The translations under genes were made by a program, and so were the position numbers. Below, in pieces: positions 40,079-50,119 of a DNA stretch of 64,000 nt. The notes below the pieces were generated by a model. That model was given only the letters and a program-made list of their open reading frames with translations, was not told where the DNA came from and searched no databases. Within the stretch, counting starts at the first letter, position 1, and the number at the start of each line of letters is the position of its first letter. Source of the stretch: a bacterium (GTDB taxonomy: Bacteria; UBA8248); the NCBI GenBank assembly GCA_965200245.1, contig CBDATS010000005.1:256001-320000 (forward strand). Reading direction: 5' to 3'.

Positions 40079-41671
40079 ATGGCGCAATTCGATGGCATCG
40101 TGATCGGTGCGGGACATAATGGCTTGGTCTGTGCGGCGTATCTCGCTCGGGCGGGGCTCAAAATCGCCGTACTGGATTGCGAACCGGAAATCGGCGGCGG
40201 CGCAAGCACCAAGGAATTCCTGCTACCCGGCTACCAATCGAACATGCACGCGAATTTCTTCATCGGTCTCGACGATTTCCCAATCGTCCAGGACCTGGAA
40301 CTGAACAAATGCGGATTCAAGTGGCTCACGCCGGACGTGCAGCACGCTGCCTTGTACCGCGACGGAACGGCTATTTTGCTGCACCGCGACTCAGAAAAGA
40401 GCGCCGCCTCTATCTCGAAATTTTCACAGAAAGATGCCGAATCATACGTCTACCTCCACCGGCGATTCGCCGTGGAACTCGCTCCCCTGATGCGCAGTTT
40501 CCTGTTTCATCCGCCGCTCCCACCAGATGAAGTCGCCTCCCGGATGATGGACAGCGATGAGGGCCGGGAAATATTTAGCTTTGCGAAGATGTCGATTTTC
40601 GAGGCCATCGAATCTCATTTCGAGCATCCCAAAATGCGGGCCCTGTTCTTCCTGTTCTCTCACGCCATCACCGTGGAGAACGCACCCGGCACGGGCATTT
40701 TTCTCCCGAGCCTCTTCTCCACCCACACGACGCTCGGCCTTCCCGTAGGAGGGGCAATCCAACTGCCTCTGGCACTCGAGCGCATCGTTACTCAAAACAG
40801 AGGCGTCGTCCTGAGAAACAGCCTCGTGCGTGAGGTGATACGTGAAAACGGGCGCGCGGCAGGTGTGATGCTCGACAATGGCGAGAAGATGTTCGCGACG
40901 CAATTCGTCACCTCCAGCCTCAACGCGCCTGCATCCATCAAATTGGCGGGAGAAGACGCCTTTCCCGATGAAGTGAACGAAAAGGTGCGGAATTGGGACT
41001 GGGGATTTCATTCACTCAGCACACTGCATCTCGCCCTCGTAGAACCTCCGCAATATACCGCAGCGAACTTCGACCCGGATGTAGGCAGGGTCTACAACAT
41101 CATTTTCGGCGCGGATTCCGGTGAGGAAATGGCCGCAAACACCGAGGAGCGCAGAAACGGCCTCATTCCGTCGCAACCGATGGGCAACGGCTCTTGCAAC
41201 AGCCAGCACGACCCCTCCTATGCGCCCCCCGGAGGTCACGTCGCCTTCTGGTGGCCGGGCGCACCTTATGAACTCAAAGACGGTCCGCAGAAATGGGATG
41301 AAATAAAGGAAGAATACACTGACCGTCTCGTAGACGAGTGGCGCGGCTACGCTCCGAATCTCACGCCAGACAATGTTCGCGCGGCGAAACTCTACACCCC
41401 ACTCGACATAGAGCGCGGAAACAAGAACATGGTCCGGGGCGGCGTACGCATGGGGGCGTACGTTCCCGAACAACTGGGGATCAACAGGCCCCATCCCCTG
41501 CTCTCCTGCATGCGGACACCTCTGGAAGGATTCTATCTTTGCAGTTCGAGTTGCCAGGGAGGTGGTCTGAACGGAGCACCCGGCTACAACGCTGCCGGCG
41601 TCATCGCGGAAGACCTAGGCATTGAGAAATGGTGGGAGCCGCTTCCTGCTCCCGCGGCACCCGCAGTCTAG
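40079..41671 (+). CDS. Phytoene desaturase-family FAD-dependent oxidoreductase
   Basis: GAGHNGLVCAAYLARAG, TPLDIER.N, GAPGYNAA. Confidence 0.85.
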   Translation: MAQFDGIVIGAGHNGLVCAAYLARAGLKIAVLDCEPEIGGGASTKEFLLPGYQSNMHANFFIGLDDFPIVQDLELNKCGFKWLTPDVQHAALYRDGTAILLHRDSEKSAASISKFSQKDAESYVYLHRRFAVELAPLMRSFLFHPPLPPDEVASRMMDSDEGREIFSFAKMSIFEAIESHFEHPKMRALFFLFSHAITVENAPGTGIFLPSLFSTHTTLGLPVGGAIQLPLALERIVTQNRGVVLRNSLVREVIRENGRAAGVMLDNGEKMFATQFVTSSLNAPASIKLAGEDAFPDEVNEKVRNWDWGFHSLSTLHLALVEPPQYTAANFDPDVGRVYNIIFGADSGEEMAANTEERRNGLIPSQPMGNGSCNSQHDPSYAPPGGHVAFWWPGAPYELKDGPQKWDEIKEEYTDRLVDEWRGYAPNLTPDNVRAAKLYTPLDIERGNKNMVRGGVRMGAYVPEQLGINRPHPLLSCMRTPLEGFYLCSSSCQGGGLNGAPGYNAAGVIAEDLGIEKWWEPLPAPAAPAV

Positions 41672-42069
41672 GTCTCTGCACCGGGAATCATCACGACCGC
41701 CTCGATCTCCACGATGTCGTCCTGATTGAGCCTGCTCACTTCTACGATGGTGCGTGTAGGCAGGTTTGGTCCGAAGTATTCCTCATACAGTCTGTTGATT
41801 GTCGGGCGATGGGCATCCATTTCCCTCACATAGACGATGGTGGAAACGAAGGTGGCGAGCGACCCGCCCGCCGCTTCCGAAATGGCTTTCAGGTTTTCGA
41901 AAGTTCTTCTGGCTCGCGCTTCTATGGTTCTCTCGACGAGTTTCCCCGTATTAGGGTCGATCCCGCGCTGGCCAGCGATGAACAACAGATTCCCCACCCG
42001 GCGCGCCTGCACGAAAGGTCCGGTAGGCGAAGGTGCCAGATCCGTCTGTATGGTTTGAGGGGATTCCAA
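41668..42069 (-). CDS. RidA/YjgF family protein
   Basis: AP.PTGPF.QA, LFIAGQ, PTRT, VEIEAV. Confidence 0.88.
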   Translation of the reverse strand: MESPQTIQTDLAPSPTGPFVQARRVGNLLFIAGQRGIDPNTGKLVERTIEARARRTFENLKAISEAAGGSLATFVSTIVYVREMDAHRPTINRLYEEYFGPNLPTRTIVEVSRLNQDDIVEIEAVVMIPGAET

Positions 42070-42134
42070 GGCGTTATCCCGGTTGAAAAGCAGAAAACAG
42101 GCTGTCGGCTCATGTTTTCCGCCGCGTGGCTGCG

Positions 42135-42359
42135 CTATTTTTTCTTACCCTTGGGTAATTCTGCCGGAAAAGCGATTTTGAGCCACTGCTGCGTCAGTAT
42201 CGTTGCAGCGTTCTCGTCTTTTCCAGGAATGAACGCGATAGGCTCTTTGGGCTGGATACCTTCCTGATCGAGCATATAGATGTCGACTCCGAATCCGTAT
42301 AGATCATGTTCACGAGTTTCAAGATTGTATTTCACCCCATTGTTCGTCAATTGGTTCAT
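42135..42359 (-). CDS. Small hypothetical protein
   Basis: 74-aa ORF with AAAGGA RBS; no recognised motif. Confidence 0.55.
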   Translation of the reverse strand: MNQLTNNGVKYNLETREHDLYGFGVDIYMLDQEGIQPKEPIAFIPGKDENAATILTQQWLKIAFPAELPKGKKK

Positions 42360-42519
42360 ATGCACTCGTCCTTTCAAGCTCACTGGCGAAAACCGGACCT
42401 TAAAGGTTCCAAACTGCCGCTATCATAGCTGATGGTTTGATCCGCAGTAAAGTTTGGAAACTGTATCGAACATATCCGTTCTTGACCCCGCATGGGGGCT
42501 ATGATAAACGCAAAAACCT

Positions 42520-42594
42520 GGGCCGTTAGCTCAGTGGTAGAGCGCTGCCTTCACACGGCAGAAGTCACTGGTTCAAGTCCAGTACGGCCCACCA
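42520..42594 (+). tRNA. tRNA-Val (CAC)
   Basis: GGGCCGT/ACGGCCC acceptor stem, anticodon arm CTGCC-TTCACAC-GGCAG, GTTCAAGT T-loop, encoded CCA. Confidence 0.96.
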
Positions 42595-42596
42595 AC

Positions 42597-42899
42597 TCAT
42601 CCTTCCGAAAGCCTGCACGAGCAGGACACCTCCCGCCAAAGGATTCTTCCATATTGCCTCATAGCTGGACGCCGTTTCGCGCCCACGATCTTCGGCAAAG
42701 AAAGTGCGTTTTCTTCATCGGGCGTGTAGCAAGTTATCAAACCTGCTTTCTCGCTTCTGAAGAGGACGTCACCATCGGCGTGACCCACCACCCGAGAGCC
42801 ACGAGTGTCGGCCTGCAATTCTCCTGAAACATACAACCTCTTCGTCTCGATGAATCGATTTACAAGAGAAAAAACTCCCTTGAGGATCCGTATGCTCAC
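42597..42899 (-). CDS. Hypothetical protein, possibly coupled to priA
   Basis: GTG start overlaps the priA stop; no recognised motif. Confidence 0.4.
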   Translation of the reverse strand: MSIRILKGVFSLVNRFIETKRLYVSGELQADTRGSRVVGHADGDVLFRSEKAGLITCYTPDEENALSLPKIVGAKRRPAMRQYGRILWREVSCSCRLSEG

Positions 42900-45469
42900 A
42901 TCAGATTCAACGGGTCCACATCCACCGCCAGGAGAACGGAAGAAAAGGCCGCCTGCCCATCAAACTCGGAAGTGAGCGTTTTGAGTACCTCTCCCAAGCG
43001 TTTCGAATTCCTGGCCTTCAGGAGCATGTGATACCGCCATACATCGCGAATTCTCATAATTGGCGCAGGTGCTGGCCCCAAGTATTCAATCTCGTTTGTA
43101 CCTGTTACGCTCCCAGCGGCTTCTGCTCTGCGTCTCCTCAAAAAAGAAGCCGCCCATTCAGCGGCTTTCGAGGCGATACACTGGTTTTTCGACTCGAAAC
43201 GCAACCTCGCCAGACGCCGATACGGTGGGTAGCCCATTCGCTCTCTCGCCAGAGCTTCTCGCCTGTAAAACTCAGCGTAATCATGCTCGCGTGCACATTG
43301 AACCGCAAAGTGATCCGGCCTGAAGGTCTGAATGATGACCTCTCCGGACAGATTTGCGCGACCCGCCCGGCCAGCCACCTGAGTGAGTAGCTGAAAAGTG
43401 CGCTCACTTGCCCTGAAATCAGGCAGATGAAGTCCAACATCGGCCACCAAGACGCCCACAAGAGTGAGTTTCGGGAAATCATGGCCTTTCGTCACCATCT
43501 GCGTTCCGATGAGCACGTCAATATCTCCGCTACGCATTGCCCTGAAAACCCTCTCGTATGCAACCGCCCGGCGTACCGCGTCGCGATCCAGACGCTGTAT
43601 GCGAGCCTGCGGGAATCGCGCCTTTACTGCTTGTTCCACGCGCTCGGTTCCCACGCCGAAGTAACCCACCCGATCGCTTTCGCATGAGGAACATCTGTTT
43701 GGTGGATGCGCGCCGAAATCGCACCAGTGGCATTGCACCCTGCTTCCGCCTTCGCGGTGAAAAGTCAGCGGGATGGAGCAGTGAGGACACTGAAGCGCCT
43801 TGCCACAGTCGCGGCACAGAATGACCGAGGAGAACCCTCGCCGGTTCAGGAACAACAGCGTCTGCTCACCTCGCTCCAGACGTTCGCCGATGGCCGCCGT
43901 CAAATCGCGCGTCAAGAGTTCCGGCGTCTTGGGGTCGGAGCTTACTTCTTTTCTCAAATCCACAAGCCGTACCTGCGGCAAGGTTCCGCCAGTGGGCCGG
44001 CGAGACAACGAGTGCAGGCGGTAGCGACCGCTTCTGGCACTCGTGTAACTTTCAATCGACGGCGTAGCCGAACCCAACACGATCGGAATTCCCAGACTCT
44101 TGGCGCGCATGATTCCGGTATCCCGCGCGTGGTAACGAGGGGATTCACCCTGCTTGTAGGAACCGTCGTGCTCCTCGTCTACCGCGATCATTCCCAGGTT
44201 CGGGATCGGGGCAAAGACGGCAGACCTCGTGCCCACGACGATAGGTGCATTCCCGTTCTTGATGCGCCACCACTCCGAGAGGCGCTTTTTATCCGAATAG
44301 GCACTGTGCAAGCAGGCCACCAGCCCTCCGAATCGCCCCTGAAACCGTCCCAAAAGCTGGGGAGTCAGCCCGATTTCGGGCACGAGAACCAACGTGCCCA
44401 ATCCGTTGGCAAGAGCTTCTTGCGCAAGCCGAATGTAGACTTCCGTCTTTCCGCTTCCCGTGACGCCGTGAAGAAGCGTAACTGAAAATTTCTTTTGCTC
44501 GATGTCCGCTTTCACCAACTCCACAAATTCTTTCTGCTCATCCGTAAGTTCCATAGGGGGTGCATCGTGTCTCGGACTCAGTTCATTCACATTCTCCGTA
44601 TCGGGGAGAAGGTCTTCTACTATTCTGACCCATCCTTTTTTCTCCAAAGCAGCGCAAGCGGTGCGCGCGCTTCTCGAATGACCTTCCAACTCCGACAGTC
44701 GAATTCGTCCACCTTCAGCCTGGTTCAAAAGAAGCAGGATATCCACCTGCCGCTTCGCTCGTTTTTCTAGATTCTCAAGCTCATTTCCTTCAGGCATCTT
44801 GTGAAGATGCGCGAATTTAACCTTTCTGGGCTTGGCATCACCTACGATGTCGACGTATCTCTCCACAAAGCCCGAATCGATGAGACGCATGAGTTCAGGA
44901 TGCGTTCCGCGGCCGAACGGCGCTGTAAGCGAACCGATGGTTCTCGGACCCATGCGAAGCGCAACCAAAATGCGCGCCTTGTGACTCCCCTCTGCTTGTG
45001 AGGTTTCGAGGCCGGGCAAGCCGAGACCACCTTCCTCGAGCACGGCTTCTCGCCTCCCTGATTCGGTAAGTCGATAGCGCTCTACGGTTTTTTTCTCCTT
45101 GTGGGACGGAAGCGCAGATTTAAGCGCCTCCCCCCAGCCGCAACAATAGTATTCCGCCACCCATCTCGTGAGTTCCAGAAGTTCCTGGGTGAGCAGTGGC
45201 TCGTCATCAAGAATCTCCAGAACAGGTCTGATAGACGCAGGCTCGACTCCGGGAGGCGGGCTCTCGACCAGCGGATGGACAACGTATCCCGTCACTTTTC
45301 TCTTGCCCAGAGGCGCCAGCACGCGCAACCCGGGCACAAGCCGGTCCACGAAATCAGGTTCCACCCGGTAGATTAAGGTTCGAAGTTGCGGGACGCTGAG
45401 TGCAACCTCGACATACAGGCTGCCCGGTTCGTGCGCCTTGGGGGTATCTTTCTTGATGACGTATTTCAC
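42896..45469 (-). CDS. priA: Primosomal protein N'
   Basis: GVTGSGKTEVY, DEEHD, NRRG, four CxxC pairs, QVAGRAGR, DVDP. Confidence 0.96.
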   Translation of the reverse strand: MKYVIKKDTPKAHEPGSLYVEVALSVPQLRTLIYRVEPDFVDRLVPGLRVLAPLGKRKVTGYVVHPLVESPPPGVEPASIRPVLEILDDEPLLTQELLELTRWVAEYYCCGWGEALKSALPSHKEKKTVERYRLTESGRREAVLEEGGLGLPGLETSQAEGSHKARILVALRMGPRTIGSLTAPFGRGTHPELMRLIDSGFVERYVDIVGDAKPRKVKFAHLHKMPEGNELENLEKRAKRQVDILLLLNQAEGGRIRLSELEGHSRSARTACAALEKKGWVRIVEDLLPDTENVNELSPRHDAPPMELTDEQKEFVELVKADIEQKKFSVTLLHGVTGSGKTEVYIRLAQEALANGLGTLVLVPEIGLTPQLLGRFQGRFGGLVACLHSAYSDKKRLSEWWRIKNGNAPIVVGTRSAVFAPIPNLGMIAVDEEHDGSYKQGESPRYHARDTGIMRAKSLGIPIVLGSATPSIESYTSARSGRYRLHSLSRRPTGGTLPQVRLVDLRKEVSSDPKTPELLTRDLTAAIGERLERGEQTLLFLNRRGFSSVILCRDCGKALQCPHCSIPLTFHREGGSRVQCHWCDFGAHPPNRCSSCESDRVGYFGVGTERVEQAVKARFPQARIQRLDRDAVRRAVAYERVFRAMRSGDIDVLIGTQMVTKGHDFPKLTLVGVLVADVGLHLPDFRASERTFQLLTQVAGRAGRANLSGEVIIQTFRPDHFAVQCAREHDYAEFYRREALARERMGYPPYRRLARLRFESKNQCIASKAAEWAASFLRRRRAEAAGSVTGTNEIEYLGPAPAPIMRIRDVWRYHMLLKARNSKRLGEVLKTLTSEFDGQAAFSSVLLAVDVDPLNLM

Positions 45470-46434
45470 GGAAGAGGCGTCCCGCCACTCAGGATGATAT
45501 GGAGATGCTCACTGGTGAGATTGCGTCCACTCAGGATTCCAGCGACGCGCTTGCCTGACAAGCCCATTTTTATGGCGGCGGCCATCGGAGCGGCACCTGC
45601 TCCTTCGGCGATGACGTGTGCCTCCGAGATGTACAGACGGATGGCATCGCACATTTCCTCTTCGCTTACCACCACGATTTCATCCACGTATTGCCTGATC
45701 ATCTCGAAAGAGAGTTCATAGGGCACCCGTGTGGCAAGTCCGTCTGCAAAGGTATCCGCCGAAGGCTGGGGCAGTAATTCCCCCGCGTAGAAACTCTTGT
45801 AGAAGGCAGGGGCCTTTTCCGCCTGTACCCCCACCACGTGAACCCTGGGGTTGACATGCTTGGCGACGAGACCCGCACCGCACACACCGCTCCCTCCGCC
45901 AAGGGGAACTATGATGACTTCGATATCCGGTTCCGATTCCATGATCTCGAGTGTCTGGGTCGCCACGCCCGCTATGAGGCGTGGCTCGTTGGCAGAGTGA
46001 ACGTAGCGCATGCCGCGCGCTTCGCATTGCTCTTCACACCATACTCTGGCGTCGTCGAAGTCCTTGCCCACGAACGCAACTTCCGCTCCCAACCTTTCGA
46101 TGGCTGCAATTTTATCCGGATTCGCTCCATTCGGCGCTGCGATCAACGCCCTGACCCCGAAAATCCGCGCGGCGTAGGCGATGGACTGGCCGTGGTTCCC
46201 AGTCGATGCCGTGATGAGGCCCGCTTGTTTCTCTGACGACTCGAGTTGAGAGACAAGATTTACGCCACCGCGAACCTTGAACGCACCTATGGGCTGCATG
46301 GATTCGAATTTCAGGAAATACCGGCATCCGAGCCGTTCGGAGAGTACGGGAACTTCGTGAAAGGGCGTAGGCTGCAGGTAGGCGGCGATTCGTTTTCGCG
46401 CCTCCAGTACATCGTCGAACGTGGGCTCGCGCAT
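45466..46434 (-). CDS. PLP-dependent threonine/serine dehydratase family protein
   Basis: AFKVRGG, STGNHG, PLGGGSG, ADGLAT, SGRN. Confidence 0.9.
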   Translation of the reverse strand: MREPTFDDVLEARKRIAAYLQPTPFHEVPVLSERLGCRYFLKFESMQPIGAFKVRGGVNLVSQLESSEKQAGLITASTGNHGQSIAYAARIFGVRALIAAPNGANPDKIAAIERLGAEVAFVGKDFDDARVWCEEQCEARGMRYVHSANEPRLIAGVATQTLEIMESEPDIEVIIVPLGGGSGVCGAGLVAKHVNPRVHVVGVQAEKAPAFYKSFYAGELLPQPSADTFADGLATRVPYELSFEMIRQYVDEIVVVSEEEMCDAIRLYISEAHVIAEGAGAAPMAAAIKMGLSGKRVAGILSGRNLTSEHLHIILSGGTPLP

Positions 46435-46686
46435 TGTTCCTCCAGCGGTGGGCGCATCGCATCCACTTATAGCAAATTTTATTTTCCAGAGAGTGGCCTC
46501 ATTATGAGAAAATACGATGTTTTGCTATCCAGTTGAAAATATGTGCATTACATCCTCATCAGGCGGCGCGGGCGGAGGGGCTCTCAAATTCGGTTTCGCC
46601 TGAAGGCGTGGATGTTGACCCCCTCCGCCTCCCAACCTAGAATGCCACAGTCGACACAAATCATCACACAACCGTGGAGGTTGAGC

Positions 46687-47016
46687 ATGAAGAGCGCACT
46701 GGAAATCGCAATGGAGAAAACTTCCGCCTTCGGAGAGCAAGCGCGCCAGGAACTGGAAAAACTCAGCCCCGAGCAAAGAAGAAAAATAGAGGAAATCAAG
46801 AAGGTATACGAGGGGAAAATTGCAGAAAAAGATGTTCTCCATCAGCAGGAACTGATGAAAATGACGGGCGGCACTCCGCCTGAAGCGATTGAGGCACAAC
46901 TCGAACCCGAGGCGAAAAATGCACTAAACGTTTTTCGCCAGAAATTCAGAAGCGAACGCGAGGCGCTTGAGGCGGAGCGCGAGGAGAAGATAGAAGCCAT
47001 CAAAAAGGAAAGTTAG
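46687..47016 (+). CDS. Coiled-coil hypothetical protein
   Basis: MKSALEIAMEKT N-terminus; GGAGG RBS; E/K-rich. Confidence 0.7.
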   Translation: MKSALEIAMEKTSAFGEQARQELEKLSPEQRRKIEEIKKVYEGKIAEKDVLHQQELMKMTGGTPPEAIEAQLEPEAKNALNVFRQKFRSEREALEAEREEKIEAIKKES

Positions 47017-47022
47017 GCGCAT

Positions 47023-47994
47023 ATGAGCCGCGTTGCGATTGTCCGTTGTGATGATTACGACAAAGAGCGAGTGAGCGACGCCGTATCCGAGGTGTTGGAA
47101 GCGTTGGGCGGAGCTTCGCAATTTACCTCTGCAACCGATGATATTCTGCTCAAACCCAACATCCTGAAAGGCGCGCCACCCGAGAGTGCGCTCACGACAC
47201 ACCCTGAAATACTCCGGGCGTTGGCGCAGCAGTTCCAAAAGCTGGCGGCTGCGCCCCGAAAAATTTCCATGGGCGACAGCCCCGCCTGGGGGAGCCTTGC
47301 TTCCTGCTCCAAAGAAGCCGGTTTGTCGAGGGTATGCAAAGAACTGGACATTCCCATCGTGCCTTTCCGAAAAGGCGTGAAGATTCCCAATCCCGACGGA
47401 GTCGTCTATACGCATCTCACAATGGCCAAAGAGGCCATGGACGCGGACGGCATCATCAACCTGCCCAAACTCAAGACCCATTGCCAGCTTCACATGACGG
47501 GCGCAGTCAAGAACCTCTTCGGCTGTGTGGCTGGGAAAAGGAAGGCTTGGTGGCATTTCAAGGCGGGGACATACGAGGATTATTTTCCGCTTATGCTCGT
47601 TGAAACGGCGAGGCTGCTCAGGACGAAACTCTCCGTTCTGGATGCCGTCATCGCGATGGAAGGCCAGGGTCCCGCACAGGGAACTCCCCGCCGGGTGGGC
47701 CTCATCCTGGCGAGCATCGACCCGGTGGCACTCGACCGTGTCGCCTGTGAGGTAACGGGACTCTCGCCCGAGAAACTGAAGACCCTGGAAGCCGCCCGCG
47801 TAACAGGCTTCGGCGAGACGGATCTGGACCAGATTGAAGTAGCAGGATTGCCTCTTGAGGAGGCGAAGATATCCGAACCACTAGTCGAGCCGAGGATGAT
47901 TCCGACAGGTTTCAGCATTCCACGCGTCGTAAAGAGCACGTTGAAACAACAGTGGCTCACACGCGTGCGCGAACCTCTCCACAAAGTTTCCTGA
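47023..47994 (+). CDS. DUF362 domain protein
   Basis: LLKPN, TTHPE, NLPKLKTH, TGAVKNLFG, MEGQGP..G, DPVALD. Confidence 0.9.
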   Translation: MSRVAIVRCDDYDKERVSDAVSEVLEALGGASQFTSATDDILLKPNILKGAPPESALTTHPEILRALAQQFQKLAAAPRKISMGDSPAWGSLASCSKEAGLSRVCKELDIPIVPFRKGVKIPNPDGVVYTHLTMAKEAMDADGIINLPKLKTHCQLHMTGAVKNLFGCVAGKRKAWWHFKAGTYEDYFPLMLVETARLLRTKLSVLDAVIAMEGQGPAQGTPRRVGLILASIDPVALDRVACEVTGLSPEKLKTLEAARVTGFGETDLDQIEVAGLPLEEAKISEPLVEPRMIPTGFSIPRVVKSTLKQQWLTRVREPLHKVS

Positions 47995-48007
47995 ATACCA
48001 GCGCAGG

Positions 48008-48781
48008 TTAGATGTTCGATCGGCTCTGCGAGCCGTCCACGTTCCAGCACGCCCCATGCACTAGGCTTGCTCTCGGGCTCACCATGAAGACTGCCACGGC
48101 GGAGAGTTCCTCCGGGCGGCCGAAGCGGCCCAACGGCATTTCGGCATCAATAAAGCCCTTGAGTCCATCGGACGCCTCGCCTATCCGCCGCTCCCATACC
48201 CCACCGGGGAAAAGGATGCTACCCGGTGCAATCGAGTTCACGCGGATGTTGTCCTTCGCCGTCTGCTGGGCAAGGCCCTTGGAAAAACTGATGAGCGCCG
48301 CCTTGGAGGCATTATACGTCATCGCACCCTTCGATTCTCGACCATAGATGGAGGCGACGTTCAGGATGGAACCGCCACCCCTTTTTTTCATCTCCGGTAT
48401 CACGAGACGTGAGAGTGTGACGGCATGATAGAGGTTGAAATCAAATCCTTCGCGCCACTCCTCGTCCGTGATGTCGAGAAACGCCTTGGGATTGCTGCCA
48501 CCCACGTTGTTCACGAGTATATCGACGCCACAGAACGCATCAATCGTCCTATGCAAAAAAGCGTCGGGCACGCCCGGTTCGGTAACGTCGCCCATGAAAC
48601 CCGCCGCGCTGCCGCCACCCAGCGCGTTCAGTTCATCGACCGCCTGGTTCAAGCGCTCTTCGCCCCGCGCACTGATCGCCACGTGACAGCCCTCGACCAC
48701 CAGATCCTTCGCGATATGGAAGCCAAGACCCCGACTGCCGCCCGAGATCATCGCCACCTTGTCAGTGAGCATCAAATCCAT
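48008..48781 (-). CDS. SDR family oxidoreductase
   Basis: SGGSRGLG, LVNNVG, YNASK, NVDG. Confidence 0.9.
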   Translation of the reverse strand: MDLMLTDKVAMISGGSRGLGFHIAKDLVVEGCHVAISARGEERLNQAVDELNALGGGSAAGFMGDVTEPGVPDAFLHRTIDAFCGVDILVNNVGGSNPKAFLDITDEEWREGFDFNLYHAVTLSRLVIPEMKKRGGGSILNVASIYGRESKGAMTYNASKAALISFSKGLAQQTAKDNIRVNSIAPGSILFPGGVWERRIGEASDGLKGFIDAEMPLGRFGRPEELSAVAVFMVSPRASLVHGACWNVDGSQSRSNI

Positions 48782-48827
48782 CGTATTCCCTTCCGAAAGC
48801 GCAGGATAACGTCCTCGCGCGACGCCC

Positions 48828-50012
48828 TTACGTGGGCTGGTCCAGCGTCTGGGCGGCACGCAACAGTGTCATTGAGTCCGTCCCGTCACCGTGCAGGAAA
48901 GTGAGGAGGTCGCGCATCATCTTCTCCGTCGGCGTCTCTTTCATGATGCCGATCCCGCCGAGAATGTCCGTGGCGAAGGCGATCGTCTTGAGCGCCACCT
49001 GATCGCTGAACACCTTGCCGTACCGTGTGAAGCGCGTGTTGTAACTCTCGTCGTTCTCCACGCCCCAGCAGATACGCCACATGAACTGCTCTGCCACCTC
49101 GATGTTCATCAGCATTTCGGCCAGTTGGTGCTGTATCGTCTGGTGTTCGATGATGGGTTTGCCACCCTGAACGCGTTCTTTCGCGTGCTGGAGGCAGAAA
49201 TTGTAAATACCGCGCGCGATGCCCGTATTGCACGCCGGAAGTTCGGCACTGCCCCGGAACACCGTGGCGAACGTATGAAATCCCTTGTTGACCTCTCCCA
49301 GAATGTCATCCTTGTGAACACGCACGTTGTTGTAGTAGCTCTCGGCATTGGGATACAGCCTGTAGCCGAGTTTGTCGTGCACATTGCCGTAGGAGACGCC
49401 CTCCTGATCCCCGTGCACGAGAAAGCAGGTAGTCCCCTGATGAACTGGCACATTGGGGTCTGTTCTCGCAAAAACCAGCAGAATCTTGGCCCAACTCGTG
49501 AGCGACGTGAACCGTTTTGCTCCGTTGAGCACAAAATAATCGCCGTCCTGCACCGCCGATGTCTTGAGGCCCAGTGCAGGGTCGTTCTGCCGGTAGATGT
49601 TGTCTGAACCGTAATCCGGCTCGGTAATCACGAACGAGCCGACGCAATCATGGTCTTCCACAAACATTTTGCCCCATTTTTCGAGTATCGCTTCCGATCC
49701 GCATTTGAAGATCGCATTCGATACCTTCCAGCACTGGCTCAGGCACTTGATAACGCCGATCTCGATTTGAGCACCCGTCCAGAGACAAAGGGCCTTGGTC
49801 GTCGTGTCGGCCCCGATGCCACCATACTCCTCGGGAACCGCCATAGTACGGAGGCCTAGATGCGACGCCTTGTTGAGAAGCGCACCCGGATAGCAATCCC
49901 TGGGGTCGGGTCGACGATCCATTTCCGCGGCGACGGGCGCGACTTCACGCTCCATGAAATCCCGGGTCAGATCGGCAAGTGCCAGTTGTTCATCGGTAAA
50001 AGGATATTGCAT
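48828..50012 (-). CDS. Acyl-CoA dehydrogenase family protein
   Basis: ITEPDYGSD, LNGAKRF, ERVQGGKPI, ILGGIG. Confidence 0.9.
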   Translation of the reverse strand: MQYPFTDEQLALADLTRDFMEREVAPVAAEMDRRPDPRDCYPGALLNKASHLGLRTMAVPEEYGGIGADTTTKALCLWTGAQIEIGVIKCLSQCWKVSNAIFKCGSEAILEKWGKMFVEDHDCVGSFVITEPDYGSDNIYRQNDPALGLKTSAVQDGDYFVLNGAKRFTSLTSWAKILLVFARTDPNVPVHQGTTCFLVHGDQEGVSYGNVHDKLGYRLYPNAESYYNNVRVHKDDILGEVNKGFHTFATVFRGSAELPACNTGIARGIYNFCLQHAKERVQGGKPIIEHQTIQHQLAEMLMNIEVAEQFMWRICWGVENDESYNTRFTRYGKVFSDQVALKTIAFATDILGGIGIMKETPTEKMMRDLLTFLHGDGTDSMTLLRAAQTLDQPT

Positions 50013-50119
50013 AACTCCTCCAAGTCATTGAGAAGAATTTTCCATATTCAATCCATATTCTCTGGTTATCCTCTCGCGCCCGTGGTGTCAACTTCAAGAC
50101 GCAATGGCTCTCACTACTC

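Noticed and set aside
40079-41671. Carotenoid desaturase linked to the hpn cluster
   Set aside because: It is separated from the cluster, oppositely oriented and belongs to a broad family of uncharacterised oxidoreductases. No crtB or crtY is nearby.
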